This document shows, in pieces, positions 12,918 through 25,530 of a stretch of DNA of 64,000 nucleotides (position 1 is its first letter; each line of letters opens with the position of its first letter). Both the position numbers and the translations under genes were made by a program. Origin of the DNA: Hypanus sabinus. Lineage: Eukaryota. The stretch spans positions 63,302,001-63,366,000 of the forward strand of contig NC_082722.1 in the NCBI RefSeq assembly GCF_030144855.1, written 5' to 3'. The notes beneath the pieces are model-generated. The model did no database searches and had not been told where the DNA came from. It saw only the letters and a list, made by a program, of their open reading frames with translations.

Positions 12918-13096
12918 NNNNNNNNNNNNNNNNNNNNNNNNNNNNNNNNNNNNNNNNNNNNNNNNNNNNNNNNNNNNNNNNNNNNNNNNNNNNNNNNNNN
13001 NNNNNNNNNNNNNNNNNNNNNNNNNNNNNNNNNNNNNNNNNNNNNNNNNNNNNNNNNNNNNNNNNNNNNNNNNNNNNNNNNNNNNNNNNNNNNNNN
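12918..13096. other. Assembly gap (N run)
   Basis: Directly visible. Confidence 0.99.
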
Positions 13097-14555
13097 TTTG
13101 AACTGGACATTTTAGTTTATTTGAATCATGCAAATCAATGGGATCCCAGAGCGCCAAACAGACTTCCGTTTTGATTACCCCGCGCCAGATGTTTGAGCGT
13201 ACTATTCGCAGCTGACTTTCAAGTATATTGTTAATGACAGGTGCAACTATCTACCGAGGCCATCAGTTGGTCCTGGATACTGTGCATGAGGAGATAGAAC
13301 GGTCCGATTTAAAGCAGCGCCCGTATGTTTGCTGAGGAACGAGTTCATACATTCATTCTTACATAACTTTTGGTCAATTATACCTCCGGCTTACTTCACG
13401 CAGTTTCCAATAACTTTCATCAGGTCTAAACTTGCCAAAGTTAGCTTACAATGGAGCCTGCCGAATGAAAATTTGGCCACGGGCCTTCTTAGGGTTTTTG
13501 TATGACAGCTAATCCGCGCACTGCAGACCAATGGTTTGTTTTATTAAATCGAGAGCTATTTTAGCAAACTACAATTTGTGGGATTAATAGTAAATTTCAA
13601 AGTAGCAAACAAAATTTTCTAGATGTCTAACCTCAAACCAACAGTTTCCCCATGCAAACTTATTTTGGTCTCAGGGTAAGATTGTCCGATTTTTGGAGGC
13701 CCAGTGACTAAACTTTTTTATGAGATAAAATGCACCATCCAGATTTCAGCTTTCAAGTGAGCTCCTGATAAACATAATCACCTTTTCCCTATAAATTAAA
13801 TCGACTTTTTTTAGTCTATGCAAGTCCGGATCTTTTTATCGACAACGACAGCGGTTTTGTAGGGGTAACGAAATATACACGAATTTGACTGAAGAAATGA
13901 ACATGAAATATGAAATATATGATAATCTGGTTGCCCGCGGATGGATTTTTGACGTTTTTAATATTTTTGTTCAATGCCTTGCAAAAGATACAATAAATAT
14001 AACTTGATTGAAAATAATTCCGCAGATCAAATGTTCGTAATTGGTTAAATGTATAAGAAAATGCCCGCACTGTACAATACCCTACTAGGCTTATAACTGA
14101 AGTTGAATTTTATCAAAACAAACAAACGCCTTGAATTCAAATTTCAAAATACAATCAAGAGGGCAAGAAGCTGTCATTTAAACTGAGGATGAGAGCCAAA
14201 ATAACCTCAGCTCCTTGTTTGTTTAGACTTGTTGGTCCTCAGTTGCGCCTTTTGAATTTTCAGTAAATTATAATTATGTATATTTAGTGTTCTGTATCTA
14301 AAGGAAGTTATTTGTCAATTTTAAAGCTTAACAGTTCTCAATATAGGGATGATTTTCCGTAGGTAATAACTTTGTCTTAAACTCACGCAGTTCATTCCTA
14401 CGGGAGGCTAGTCCGCCAACAATCAGAGTTAGTGTTGATAAAAAATTGCAGAGAAATTGAGAACGCTGTGTTTTTACCAATAGCAAAACAGCATGCAATA
14501 GGTCAAAAAATGTCCACCACGCCACTCTAACATAAGGCAAAAAAAACAATGCTGA

Positions 14556-14561
14556 TTTATT
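14556..14561 (-). terminator. Probable FOXC2 polyadenylation signal (AATAAA)
   Basis: TTTATT on the plus strand, ~860 nt past the FOXC2 stop. On the minus strand it is followed by a U/GU-rich tract (TTGTTTTTTTTGCC). Confidence 0.5.
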
Positions 14562-15417
14562 GTGGGTTTTTTTTCAGATAAATACAGCAATTAGATCAAC
14601 TGAACTCGGAAAAGGAAGTGTTCTTAAAAGCAACCACCACTACAATCCTCTCTCTAAAGGAGTGCTCACGGCGTCAGGGCCTGGGTCACCAATACAGAAC
14701 AATCACTTCTTTCTTTAAAAAAAAGAGAACTTTTCGAGGTTTAGAAAAATACTATGCATCCAATAAATTAGTTCTTTGGTTTGAAACGGAGCAAATATAT
14801 CGTTGATAATAACGTAATAAAAATTACACTGTACAAAGCACACGGCTATAAAACTGAGGTTGAGTAACAGTTACGCTTTGGCACTTTACAAAGGCTGGGG
14901 ACATTAATAAATCGACATCCAGTGAACGGAACTAAAATATATTAAATGGCTCTGTAACGTAGCCTCCATAGAAAATCGTACAATTTACATCAAATATAAA
15001 CTTGAGTCAACACCAGACAAAACGTCAGGAGAGAGAAAAAAAACTTTTTAAGCATTTGAAAATGGAACGTGATGTTATTAAACATATACTGCACAAACAG
15101 AACAGAAAATGTATCACTAGAATATTGGTCCATTAAACAGTTTAAACCCTACACTTCGCACTTGCCATTTTGCTAACCTTTAATTATTCAAGTAGGCTTC
15201 ACTTATTTAAAGATTTTTTTAAAGCAACGACTGTCTTTAGAGGTCTCAAAATCCTCATTCACACTAACTACAAATTGACAACATCTTTGGCCACTTGCAC
15301 CGCTGTTTGTAAAGTCTCAGTCAATACTTTATACGCAGCTTTAAGTTGAGAATGCTGCTTTGTTTTCATTTCCCTACATATATATTTTTTAAAAAGATAG
15401 TTAGGTTGGTTTCTAAA

Positions 15418-16836
15418 TCAATACTTATTGCAGTCGTAGGCGTATGGACCTGAATGACGGTATACTGACGGTGTTGATCGATAAGGAATTTGACAGCTCG
15501 TGTTCCCGCTCACCTGATGGTCACTGAGGGCTGAGCTCTCAATGCCGAGTCGGTGGGAGTTGAACATCTCCCGCACATTAGGGAATGTCTGTTGCTGGCC
15601 GCCGAACGTGTGGCCGGGGAGGTGATTGAGATCAGCTCCGTGGTTCATGTACCAGGAAGCGGCTTGCCCTGCGCCCCCGGCTTGCTGATGGTGGCTGGAG
15701 GTTAAGACTCCTTCCTGCGCCGTGCTGAGATTCATGGCGTTCAGCGAGGTACTGGTGCTCACGGAATGATCTGATATGGCATCATCCAGGCTGGTGGGCA
15801 CCAACATATGATTGTTCCTGTCCCCCGCGTACAGACTCATGGTTCTCATACTGCAATGGTAACTTCCACTCGAGTCTATATTTTGACTGCACGTTTGGCT
15901 GTAGATAGATTGTGGCGTTTGAGCGTAATTTACCGGCAACGTGGAAACCATGCCAGTTCTGCTGGTGGGCACAGCTACTGGGTTAAGTTCTCCTTGAGGA
16001 GATGTCCTTAATGTCATAATATTTTCCACACTGAAGCCGGATAGGCTGTTGTTTGGGGGGTTGTGGTCAGGGATGGAACTTTCTGTGGAAACAGACGGCG
16101 TTGAGGCAACACTTCTGGGACTGTCTTGCATCATACTGTTGTTGTCCGGGCTCTCTAAACTCTCGACTTTGGTGATGACAGGCATGCCGGGGGATACGGC
16201 TTCTTTTTTAACCACTACTTTTTTTTCCATATTGTCCTTAGAGGTGTCCGTCTGTGAAACGGGGGTTGGAATGCCTTTCTGGTCTTTCTGCTGGCGGTCT
16301 CGTTCTTCCTTATCCTTGATCGCGTCTTTTTTCTTAAATCTCCTCCTTCTCCGCAAAAAGCTGCCGTTCTCAAACATGTTGTAAGAATCTGGATCCAGCG
16401 TCCAGTAGCTCCCTTTACCGGGTTTTTTATCATCCCGTGGCACTTTAACAAAACACTCGTTCAGAGATAAGTTGTGGCGGATGCTATTCTGCCAGCCCTG
16501 TTTATTTTCACGGTAAAATGGAAAGCGATCCATGATAAACTGATAGATCCCATTGAGAGTAATTTTCTTATCTGGCGCGTTCTGGATTGCCATGGTTATC
16601 AGGGCGATGTAGCTGTAAGGAGGCTTTACCAGGTCTTTGGGAGCCGGCTGTTGGTGGTGATGGTAGGGTCCGTAAGTTCTCGCCATACCTGAAGAATACT
16701 GATCGTGTCCCGTGTACACGCTCATCGGGGTGGGCATGCTGCCATAACTGCCGGCGGCTCGATAATAATTTTGGTCGTTCAGATAAGGCACCACTCCTAG
16801 AGCATTAGGGTCTGACACTGGGTAACGCGCCTGCAT
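15418..16836 (-). CDS. FOXC2: Forkhead box protein C2, single exon, 472 aa from the first ATG
   Basis: N-terminus [30 protein letters not shown] and [22 protein letters not shown] match FOXC2 rather than FOXC1 (KDMVK). Also present: eh1-like FSVENIM (16015-16035), [20 protein letters not shown] and C-terminal YDCNKY. Adjacent to FOXL1. The ORF-track start at 16863 is a TTG; the ATG is at 16836. Confidence 0.97.
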   Translation of the reverse strand: MQARYPVSDPNALGVVPYLNDQNYYRAAGSYGSMPTPMSVYTGHDQYSSGMARTYGPYHHHQQPAPKDLVKPPYSYIALITMAIQNAPDKKITLNGIYQFIMDRFPFYRENKQGWQNSIRHNLSLNECFVKVPRDDKKPGKGSYWTLDPDSYNMFENGSFLRRRRRFKKKDAIKDKEERDRQQKDQKGIPTPVSQTDTSKDNMEKKVVVKKEAVSPGMPVITKVESLESPDNNSMMQDSPRSVASTPSVSTESSIPDHNPPNNSLSGFSVENIMTLRTSPQGELNPVAVPTSRTGMVSTLPVNYAQTPQSIYSQTCSQNIDSSGSYHCSMRTMSLYAGDRNNHMLVPTSLDDAISDHSVSTSTSLNAMNLSTAQEGVLTSSHHQQAGGAGQAASWYMNHGADLNHLPGHTFGGQQQTFPNVREMFNSHRLGIESSALSDHQVSGNTSCQIPYRSTPSVYRHSGPYAYDCNKY

Positions 16837-16954
16837 CGTCGATGTTAAACGGGTTCGACACAAATTTCTGCTTGCAACTAGATTTTAGTAATAATCTTTA
16901 TTGGTTGAAGGCGTGGATCCAATTTTAGTCCTTGATTAAGAGCGCGCCCGTAGA

Positions 16955-17170
16955 TAGTCCTAAAGGTTTGGGGAAGTTTCAAAAACTTTCAAGCGAGCGA
17001 GGCTTTTACGGCAGGCAGACTCCGCCCATTCTGGAAACTTTAAACCAATCAAAATAGGAGTTGGGGAGAGTTACTACAAGTCCATGCACGTAGGTGGCGT
17101 AATTTAAATCGAAACAGGTTTCACTGAAATAAAAAAGAACAAAGTTAAACATTGTAAATAGTTTATGTAT
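16955..17170 (-). promoter_or_regulatory. FOXC2 core promoter
   Basis: Minus strand reads GATTGGTTTAAAGTTTCCAGAATGGGCGGAGTC...GTAAAAGCCTCGCT...TTTTGAAACTTCCCC: inverted CCAAT, GC box and a TATA-like element. Forkhead sites TTAAACA and GTAAATA are at 17145-17160. Confidence 0.65.
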
Positions 17171-20100
17171 TAGTCTGGAATAGAATTTTTCGCACATGCA
17201 TTTGAATCTTAATCGGAAAGTAATCAGTGACAAAGATTTTGGATTAAATGTAATTTAATGTATTGTCTTTCCACTCGTACCTGGCACATGGCATTGACTA
17301 TTTCCAACGAAATCACACAGGTTGCACTCCGCAAGAATATAGCCAGCTGCGATTTTATTTAACTTTGTATATATATGTGTGTGTAATGTTATGTTCCCTA
17401 ACCCTAAAACCATGTATCAACTAGGCCTTTGGCCAGTGGATTCTGTAAAGAGTTTACATCGTTCTCATTATTATTATTCGAAATTAATTCCGATTTGGTT
17501 AATTAATAAAGGCCGCGATCCGACAAGGTGCAGATTCTGGGATCCCTCCTCAAGCTGCGAACTCAAAGCTTTGCCAGGGTTTACCTTTTATTGTAAGGTT
17601 ATGTTACTTATTCCGAGGACGTTCGAACCAAATGTGCAAAAACATGTACAAAATGATGAGAAAGGAAACTCTGAGTGATCTACCTTTCTTTACACAGTAA
17701 ACTTGTCTTGAACAATTCGTAGCAACACACTGGAAGAAGCTCGCGGTGTGACTTTGTCACCAAACGGGTAAACAAAGGAATGCGCGAAAAGCTGATCTAA
17801 TTACAAAGGCGTGATCTCTATATTTTGATAACTTTTATATTTAAATCAGGAACACGAGCACATATTTACTCAAGCATGATATTGCATTTTAAAATGGAAC
17901 AGATACGGTTTCATTTTAACTGTCAATTCCAACGTAATTGTTAATCAAGACAACAGGATAAATCAGAACGCCAGTCCAAAATCTTCATTGCATTGAAATC
18001 TACACACTGTTATTAAGACAAAGTACGTGTTTCCCGCTGGTCCATAAGCATACTGTGCGCACTCTATGAAATATTAAGCATTGCTACATTAAGCGTTCAA
18101 ATTTAAAGGGTAATTATAAACGCCAGTGGTCATTAACACCGCAGTGCGAGAACGGAGTCACTTTCATGTGTCCGCCGCTAAGCATTTTTATTTGCCATTT
18201 CATTATATGATCTAACAGATTTAGCTTGCACAAATCAGAGTTTCCAACCGGGTAGTAATCAGACAGATAATTGACAAACATCCTATGGTCCCCATCACGT
18301 CTGGCGGAGTCTGATAACAGATTATTTTATATACTGTCCTGTTATTTTTATTGCTTTCATCTACAGATAGCTTTTTCCCCAAACACGCAACGTTGAAATT
18401 ATTTTAAACATTATTTTCCGTTAACTTTCTCCTTAGTAAATTTCATACCAAAAAAACCCTACAACAAGTAAACCAGAAACAAGTGAAAGTCGAATACAAG
18501 CAGCCTGGAAGCATACTGGTTTAATTCAGCAGGGAAAAATAATTGTGACAATTAAAGTTTAATTAACAATTAGAATAAAATAATTATGTGCGAGAGTGAT
18601 TAGTGGCTGGTGAGGTTAAGAAATTGTTCGAATGCTCGAGGAAATGCCGGAATTTGGCTCAATGATACTCCTTTGTAAGGAAAGGATCTCACTTTTATTT
18701 GCTAGTGTCATTGTCATAAGTGTCATTGTAGTCTTACAGCTTTGTGATAAAAATTTTCGGTAAGAAACTGAGGAACCGGAGAAAAGACTAACCGAAAGAA
18801 AACAAAAGTTTGCCTAAAATAAATTGAACGATGAGAAAGAAATGTATTTGCCTTTAGTCATTACTAAAGGAGAGAAATAAAGTTACTAAAACACGTAGAT
18901 TGTTGTCAAAGGCATGCTGTAAACGTCTGCATTGATATAGTCCTGGGAATCATTTTACCAAAGATACCATGAATATCGACCTATGTAACTGAGACGATGA
19001 AGGATACCAATGGACACATTATTTTGCTTGAGTGCTGAGGTTATATTTCGGTGACCGCCTGCATGGAATATACTTAACAATTTATCTGAACAAGGCTTCA
19101 ACGGTGAATCGCTTACCTCACTCCTAGACGGGACTCCCTCTTTAATTTTTGTTTTGATCTGTCATTGCAGTCTGAATAGAACTAACACCTTGAAATCCAT
19201 CAACAAGTATTATGTCTCCGCGTTTTATTGTGGCTGTGCTGCTTTTAATGTCAATACCAACTGAGAGATGCATGGTTCGGTGGCAGTAAACAGCAATGTG
19301 TTGCAAAAGTCTTCGGTAGCAGTGAGCTACGTGTAGATAAGGTCAGATTTTCCCTTGAATGGGACCCTGGCTGTTCTATTGTGTCTAGACTCTTTGCCAA
19401 GCCAATAATAGCTGAAATTATCCTCCTTAATAGAGGAATGCTACTGAATATTCACAGGAGCAGTAACTTCCCCAATGCAGATATAATCTTTAAATCGTTT
19501 TCTACACGAATTAACGTACCTACAAAAGTGAAGATTCCATTGGCAGAATTTAATGCTCTGCTCAAGGATTCCGCATTTTCAAAGGATAGAATTTCTTATT
19601 AGAAATTGCATATATTGTGAAACAATATTCGTGACTGAAACTTCGATAAATTGTCAATGACGTCGAGAATCACTGGGATTGTTTTTGGGCGATTATATTG
19701 ATTTCTACTGAGGCGTTATCTCTTGAGTTTTGCACTGAACTAAGTCGACAATCTAACTCGGTGCAAGTCAATGCTTTATCCGTCGCCGGTCCAGACAGCA
19801 AGAAAGGTTTAACGAGAACGCAAACTGGTTATGCCTATTTGTTTGTAGTGGTCCTTTCATTCTCTATTTATTGCTGCCCTCTAGTGATGATATTTGTTGA
19901 TGCAAGTTCTCCAATGTTCATATTCAGAAGAATATTTCCATACATACTGTATATATACCTTTATCTGAATTGATTAGCATAAATAGAACAATTTATTTGC
20001 TACTTTGTAATTATTTTTCGTTGGCTATAGTAATTTAAACTTGTTAGCTTAATTTTATTTTAATTCGTATATAATGTAGACGGCTTGAATTAACATTACT

Positions 20101-22944
20101 AACACTTAGCTGCATGCAACCTTTAAAATCTGAAATTGAGCGGAAAAATAATTGCCCAACTAAGTTTACTTTAAATATCAGTAATATAAAGCAATGCATT
20201 CATGTGAGGGTACTGTGGGATGAAAGATAAATCGATAGGAAATTTGCACCGATAGTTCACAGTTTAATCTGTTTCAATTTACCATTATAGTTCTGGAAGT
20301 GGAAAGGAGGCTAAGAATATCATTTAGAACTTTAGAATGGAAAGGCAGCGGAGGCGATTAACCGGCTTCGTTCGGGTGGAATTGACAATTCCGACTTCTG
20401 TGCAAGATCAGTATCGATAGACGGAAAAGTCGAAAAGAACTCAAACATAGACAGACACCTTCGATCCGCCTGGGATTTGGCTCCAAACATAGTTGTTAAA
20501 AAGCTAACAATATACATTAGAAATCGAGTCTTAAAGCAAAAACGACACCCATTAAAAAATTAACGGATTCATTAAACATCACCCAAAATATGCAAACGTA
20601 CTTCGTTATTTCATTCATTACCATAACCACAAGGAGTATTCAGTTGTGTACTTTGCATAATTGCGTTTTCTTTCGAACGCTTGAGCATTTGTTCTACATT
20701 TTAAAGGCGTTTTTTGGACATTTCGCACTCTAATTGCTTAAAAATCGAGGCGACGTGCAAACGAGATGGCTGGTATTCCAGAGTATTTAGGTGAAGTGAA
20801 GACAACAAGGACCTGTGTTCAGCTCATCGCTGTCGGATTTCTTGACATATTCGTCTAATTGTTTCAGTACCAAAGTGTGTTTTTTAAATTTGAATATTTA
20901 TTTAAAAAATAATGCTTCTACCGAACAGATAGAAGCAATTAACTAGCAGGGCTGACTACTCCTCTTCTGAGGTCACGAAATGTGTGCATGCAAACATATA
21001 TAGTGTAGTTAAAATAATGTGATGGTTTTTCCAAGGGGAAAAAAAACGACTCCACGGACGAAGTGTTACTTGTCCCATCGCTTTAAAATCACCCGCCGAT
21101 GATCAAAATTGAACAAACGTTGAAGTAAAAAAGTTTTCTGAAGTATCAGGTGTTGCATCCCTGAACCCGAGTGAGTTGTGGGTTGGGGATGGGGGATGAT
21201 AAAAAACAGAACGCGATTTTCCTCCAACTAACCTTAAGTTGTTCAGTATCGAATGGATCGCAAATACACGAAGCAGCAGTTTAAATCAAAGATCTTTTAG
21301 GTCAATTACGTTCACTTTATATTCATGCAATCAATATATGTGAGCTATCTTAAGTATTTATATTTAGTGTGTTTCATACTATTGTGTTCTTTATCTTCTC
21401 ACTTTTTTTTCTTGTGCTGCGTCAGAAGCATAATAACAATTATTTCGTTCTCCTTTATACTTGTGCACTGGAAATGACATTAAACAATCTTGAATTGTGT
21501 GAAACATCAATGATAATGGGGAGGAGACATAGAAATGGCACTGCAAAAGGACAGTTCAGCAAATCATTGATTCGATCCCTCATTTCATCGCAGACCTAAG
21601 TCAAACAGAATGAGTAAAATCTAAATTCTGCTTGTGTGCACTAGCTTGTCGTTGACCAAGTTTTAATCTTAAACGGGTTAACGGACAGTTTGCTTCTTTA
21701 GTTATTGGAGTCAACATTTTTCTCATTTCACCCTTGTGTTTATTATGAAGAGCTGCTTCCATGAGACTTGCAAGCATTTTCATATTTCCTAATGAACTTG
21801 TCCACAGTCTTTTTTTTGCTGAAGAGAGACCCCACTTCTCATCAAAAGGAAATGGAGCGTTAATCTTCAGATTGCAGAATAATCATCTCTAATTGCAGAT
21901 TCCATTGTAAAGAAAATTTATGACTGCGCAGCAGGAAGGAGGGAAAAGATTTACTGCAGTAAGGTGAAAAGGATTTTTGAAATAGCCCAATCATTAAAAC
22001 GAAGAGGATGGAAACACTGATTAAGAGATAGCGATTTTCAAGTACACAGAGGGCAAGAATAGCTCAGCCGGAAACTGCCTACTTCTCAGAGTATTCTTTT
22101 GCCTCCAGCCATGCAGTCAAAACTTTATATATTTCCCTTTCCACTGACTTGCAAGGGAGTGTGGATGGGGGTAGGGTGTTGATGCTCAATTTTGAAAGGA
22201 AAACTAGATCATCTTGTGACACACCAACAGACAGCAAACCTGAAGTTTGCCATTAACTTATGGGATACTCAGAAAGATATGAATGATGTTCAGTAATTCC
22301 AGAGTTATTTTTACATGGCATGTATTCAAAACCTTTTTGAATTTTTTTTCTCTGTTAGTTGGGATTCAGGCAAGACAAGTTAACAATGTAACTTCTGTTT
22401 CTCTTGTTCAGCTACATTCCTGGAAATAGTAATATTTGTTGAACCCTTAAATTTAAACACATTACACTATACAACAGCAATTATACCCCAAACAGCAATT
22501 CATTGATTGTAAGGTGCTTTAGAACAAGGATACGATGAAATGTTAAATAAGCACAGGCTTATTACAAATTCAATTCCAAGTTGATTCAAAGACAAACAGG
22601 CTTCAAACTGCCAGGAAATGTAGAGTTAGCTTGACCCAAAAGCAGAGCAGAGGAAATACTTCAGCAGTAAACAACATTTTACTAATAAAGTGCAAATAAC
22701 AAGCCACAAGGGGCCTCAAAACAAAAGAGAATAGATACCTAAGGCTTTAAGGTAACAAGGCAACTGAAGGCTAGTGGCCTCTGGTTGAGCCTGGCTGATT
22801 TAATGGGTGAACAAAGGATTGTGGCTGAGAACAGGGTTTAAGTAGGCTGCAGGTGACTCCTGTTAGCTAGCTGGAGTCTGGGAGGTGCCTGCTTGTGCAG
22901 CAAGCCTTCAATCTGAGAAGCATTCGTGCCAAAAGGGTCATAAA

Positions 22945-23435
22945 GTCATTGGGTACTCCAGCAGAAAAGGGCCCATCTAGTCCATAGAGCCCAATTAATC
23001 TAGCTCATCCCATCAACCTGCACCTGGACCATGGCCTTCATACCCCTCCCTTGCATGTATCTATCCACATTTCTCTTCAATGTTGAAATCGAACCGGACT
23101 CTATCACTTCCTCTGGCAGCTCGCTCCACCCTCTCAGCACCTTCTGAGAGAAGTGATACCCCCTCATTTCCCTCTTAAATATTTCACCTTTCACCCTTAA
23201 CTCATAAACCTCTACCTCTAGTCTCATCCAACCTCAGTGCCTGCATGCATCTACCCTATCTATAGCCCCCATACTTCTGCATACTTCTATCAATCTTCTA
23301 AACTCTAGGGAATATTGTTCCAACTATTCAACCATTCCTGATTACCCAGGTCCTCAAGTCCTGGCAACATCCTTGCAATTTTTTCCGTACTCTTTCAACC
23401 TTATTCATAATTTTCCTGTAGGTGGGTGAGCAAAA
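22945..23435 (-). mobile_element. CR1 LINE 3' fragment
   Basis: ORF 23000-23227 (RVKGEIFKREMRGYHFSQKVLRGWSELPEEVIESGSISTLKRNVDRYM) is the CR1 ORF2 C-terminus. Confidence 0.85.
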
Positions 23436-24052
23436 CTTTACCTATGAGTATTACTTATGATCTTATATATTTAATAAAAAGCAGGGGCAGAAGTAGGCCA
23501 GTTGGCCCTTTGAATCTGCTCAGCTATTCAACAAAATTATGGCTGATCTAATCTTAGTCTCCACACCACTTGCCTCCTTTCTTGCCATATCCCATGGCTT
23601 CATTGTACCTCTGATATATTATAACCATATAACAATTACAGCACAGAAACAGGCCATCTCGACCCTTCTAGTCCGTGCCAAACATTTACTCTCACCTAGT
23701 CCCACTGACCTGCACTCAGCCCATAACCCTCCATTCCTTTCCTGTCCATATACCTATCCAATTTTTTTTATTATGTGTCCTATTGGCTTTATTGGAGTAA
23801 ATATTATTTGCTTCTGTATTAGAGTCGGGCATTCACATAGACACCTCAATCCTTTTCTGAATTAATTATTGTGGAATTATGAAAGTAACACAATAATTGA
23901 TTAAAAAAACAAAGGTCAGAAATTGATGTGAAAGTAATTTCAATTGATTTATTGGTTCAACAATCCTTTATCAAAAGGAAAAAAGAATTCCTAGAGCACA
24001 TTTCAGGATTCCAGGATATCCCAAAGCAGTTTCAAAGTTTAAAATAAACCTA

Positions 24053-24368
24053 TTATCTTCTTCTTCTTCAGTTGTCCATCAAAATCCGATGATGACGTCC
24101 ACTCATTTAACGATGAGATCTTTGATGACTATACAGTCCTATCCTGGACCCACAAGTTCTATTGCAGGTGGCACATGTATATGTGGTAGTGGTGGTAGTG
24201 ATGGCAACCATGGCTGCATTTCTCCTGGCTCTCTTCTGCTGTCTTCTGGTTGTTCTTTCCATCTCCAGAATACGAACCCCGTACCTACACAGCTGTTGCC
24301 AAGTGTCACGGTCAGCAGCAACATCCTCTAGGTCCTCAGGTCTGATCTTGAACTTCCTTAAAGTATTC
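24053..24368 (-). mobile_element. RTE/BovB-clade LINE 3' end with C-terminal C2H2 finger and (GAA)n tail
   Basis: My translation gives an uninterrupted frame TLRKFKIRPEDLEDVAADRDTWQQLCRYGVRILEMERTTRRQQKRARRNAAMVAITTTTTTYTCATCNRTCGSRIGLYSHQRSHR* (stop 24107-24109), then a short UTR and GAAGAAGAAG. Confidence 0.85.
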
Positions 24369-25231
24369 TGTTATCGAACTATGTATATGTCACCGTATAC
24401 TGCTGTGAGATTCATTTTCTTGTACAACTTCACAGTAGAACAAGGAAATACAATAGAATGAATCAATGAAAAACTAAACAGAAGTCATCCACACTGGTTC
24501 AGGAGCCTACTAGCCAAAGGGTAATAACTGTTCCTGGACCTGGTGGTGTGAAACCTAAGGCTTTTGTACCACCTTATTGATGTACAACCTATTAATCTAT
24601 CAAATATTTCTGATCGCACAGGAAACTGCAGATGGTGGAACTTGGACTAACAAAGTGCTACGGAAGCTCAGCACATCAGGCAGCGTCCATGGGGGGAGAA
24701 ATGGACAGTTAATATTTTGGGTTGAGACTCTTCATCTGGGTATATTATTCAAATATTTCTGAAGTTTTGTCAGTGTTGTAATTTAGGTATGTCTGCAACC
24801 AACTTGTGCAGATTAATTTAGAAATATAGAAACCCTACAGAACCATACAGGCCCTTCAGCCCACAAAGCTGTGCCAAACATGTCCTTCCTTTAGAAATTT
24901 GTTGGATATGGCAAATCCAGTTTCTATAGTAAAACAGAGTCTCAACTAGACCCTGGAGAAAAATAAAACATATCATATTGTTAAGACACCACAACTTAAG
25001 TCTTGAACCATATCATAACATGAGGAACAAAAAGGAACAGATGCAAATTATCAAAGGAACAATTCATGATGCTTTAGTGATCAAATATTATACAAAGTAT
25101 CTCATAATTCTAAGAACCGAGAAATCAAATCAGTGTTGCTGTCACAGGTACCAATACACTATATAGCATATGTTAACAGGAAAAAAGCTTGCACTTTGTA
25201 GCAGGCTTTGTATTTTTCTATGTTACTTCAA

Positions 25232-25530
25232 ACCTTCAAGACCTTGGAGGAGGCTTGTATGTATCAATGACCTGGAGAGCTATGTTGGCTGGAGTCGTGG
25301 TCTTATGCTTTGGCTCTTGGTAGGGTCACCCATGCCAAACAGGTGGAAAAGTAGAGGGCAGACTAAGAGTGGTCCACCAGTCCTCCTGGCTTGGGGGTTC
25401 ATCTCAGGGAAAACAACCCCGACTTCTAAAAGTATTGTTCCAGAAGCAGCATTATATGTGGACAGACAGAGATGGAGGACCTTCACTGCAGCCCAAAACA
25501 CCAGGATGTGACAGGCAACTAATTAATTAA
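25232..25530 (+). mobile_element. Short non-autonomous RTE derivative (Expander/Rex3-like 5' UTR fused to an RTE 3' end)
   Basis: Head TGGAGGAGGCTTG..CAATGACC..GAGCTATGTTG..TGGTAGGGTCACCCATGCCAAACAGGT..CAGACTAAGAG. Tail translates DRQRWRTFTAA and ends in (TAAT)n. Confidence 0.6.

Noticed and set aside
22619-22945. Possible degenerate solo LTR on the minus strand
   Set aside because: No convincing TG..CA termini or TSD could be read.
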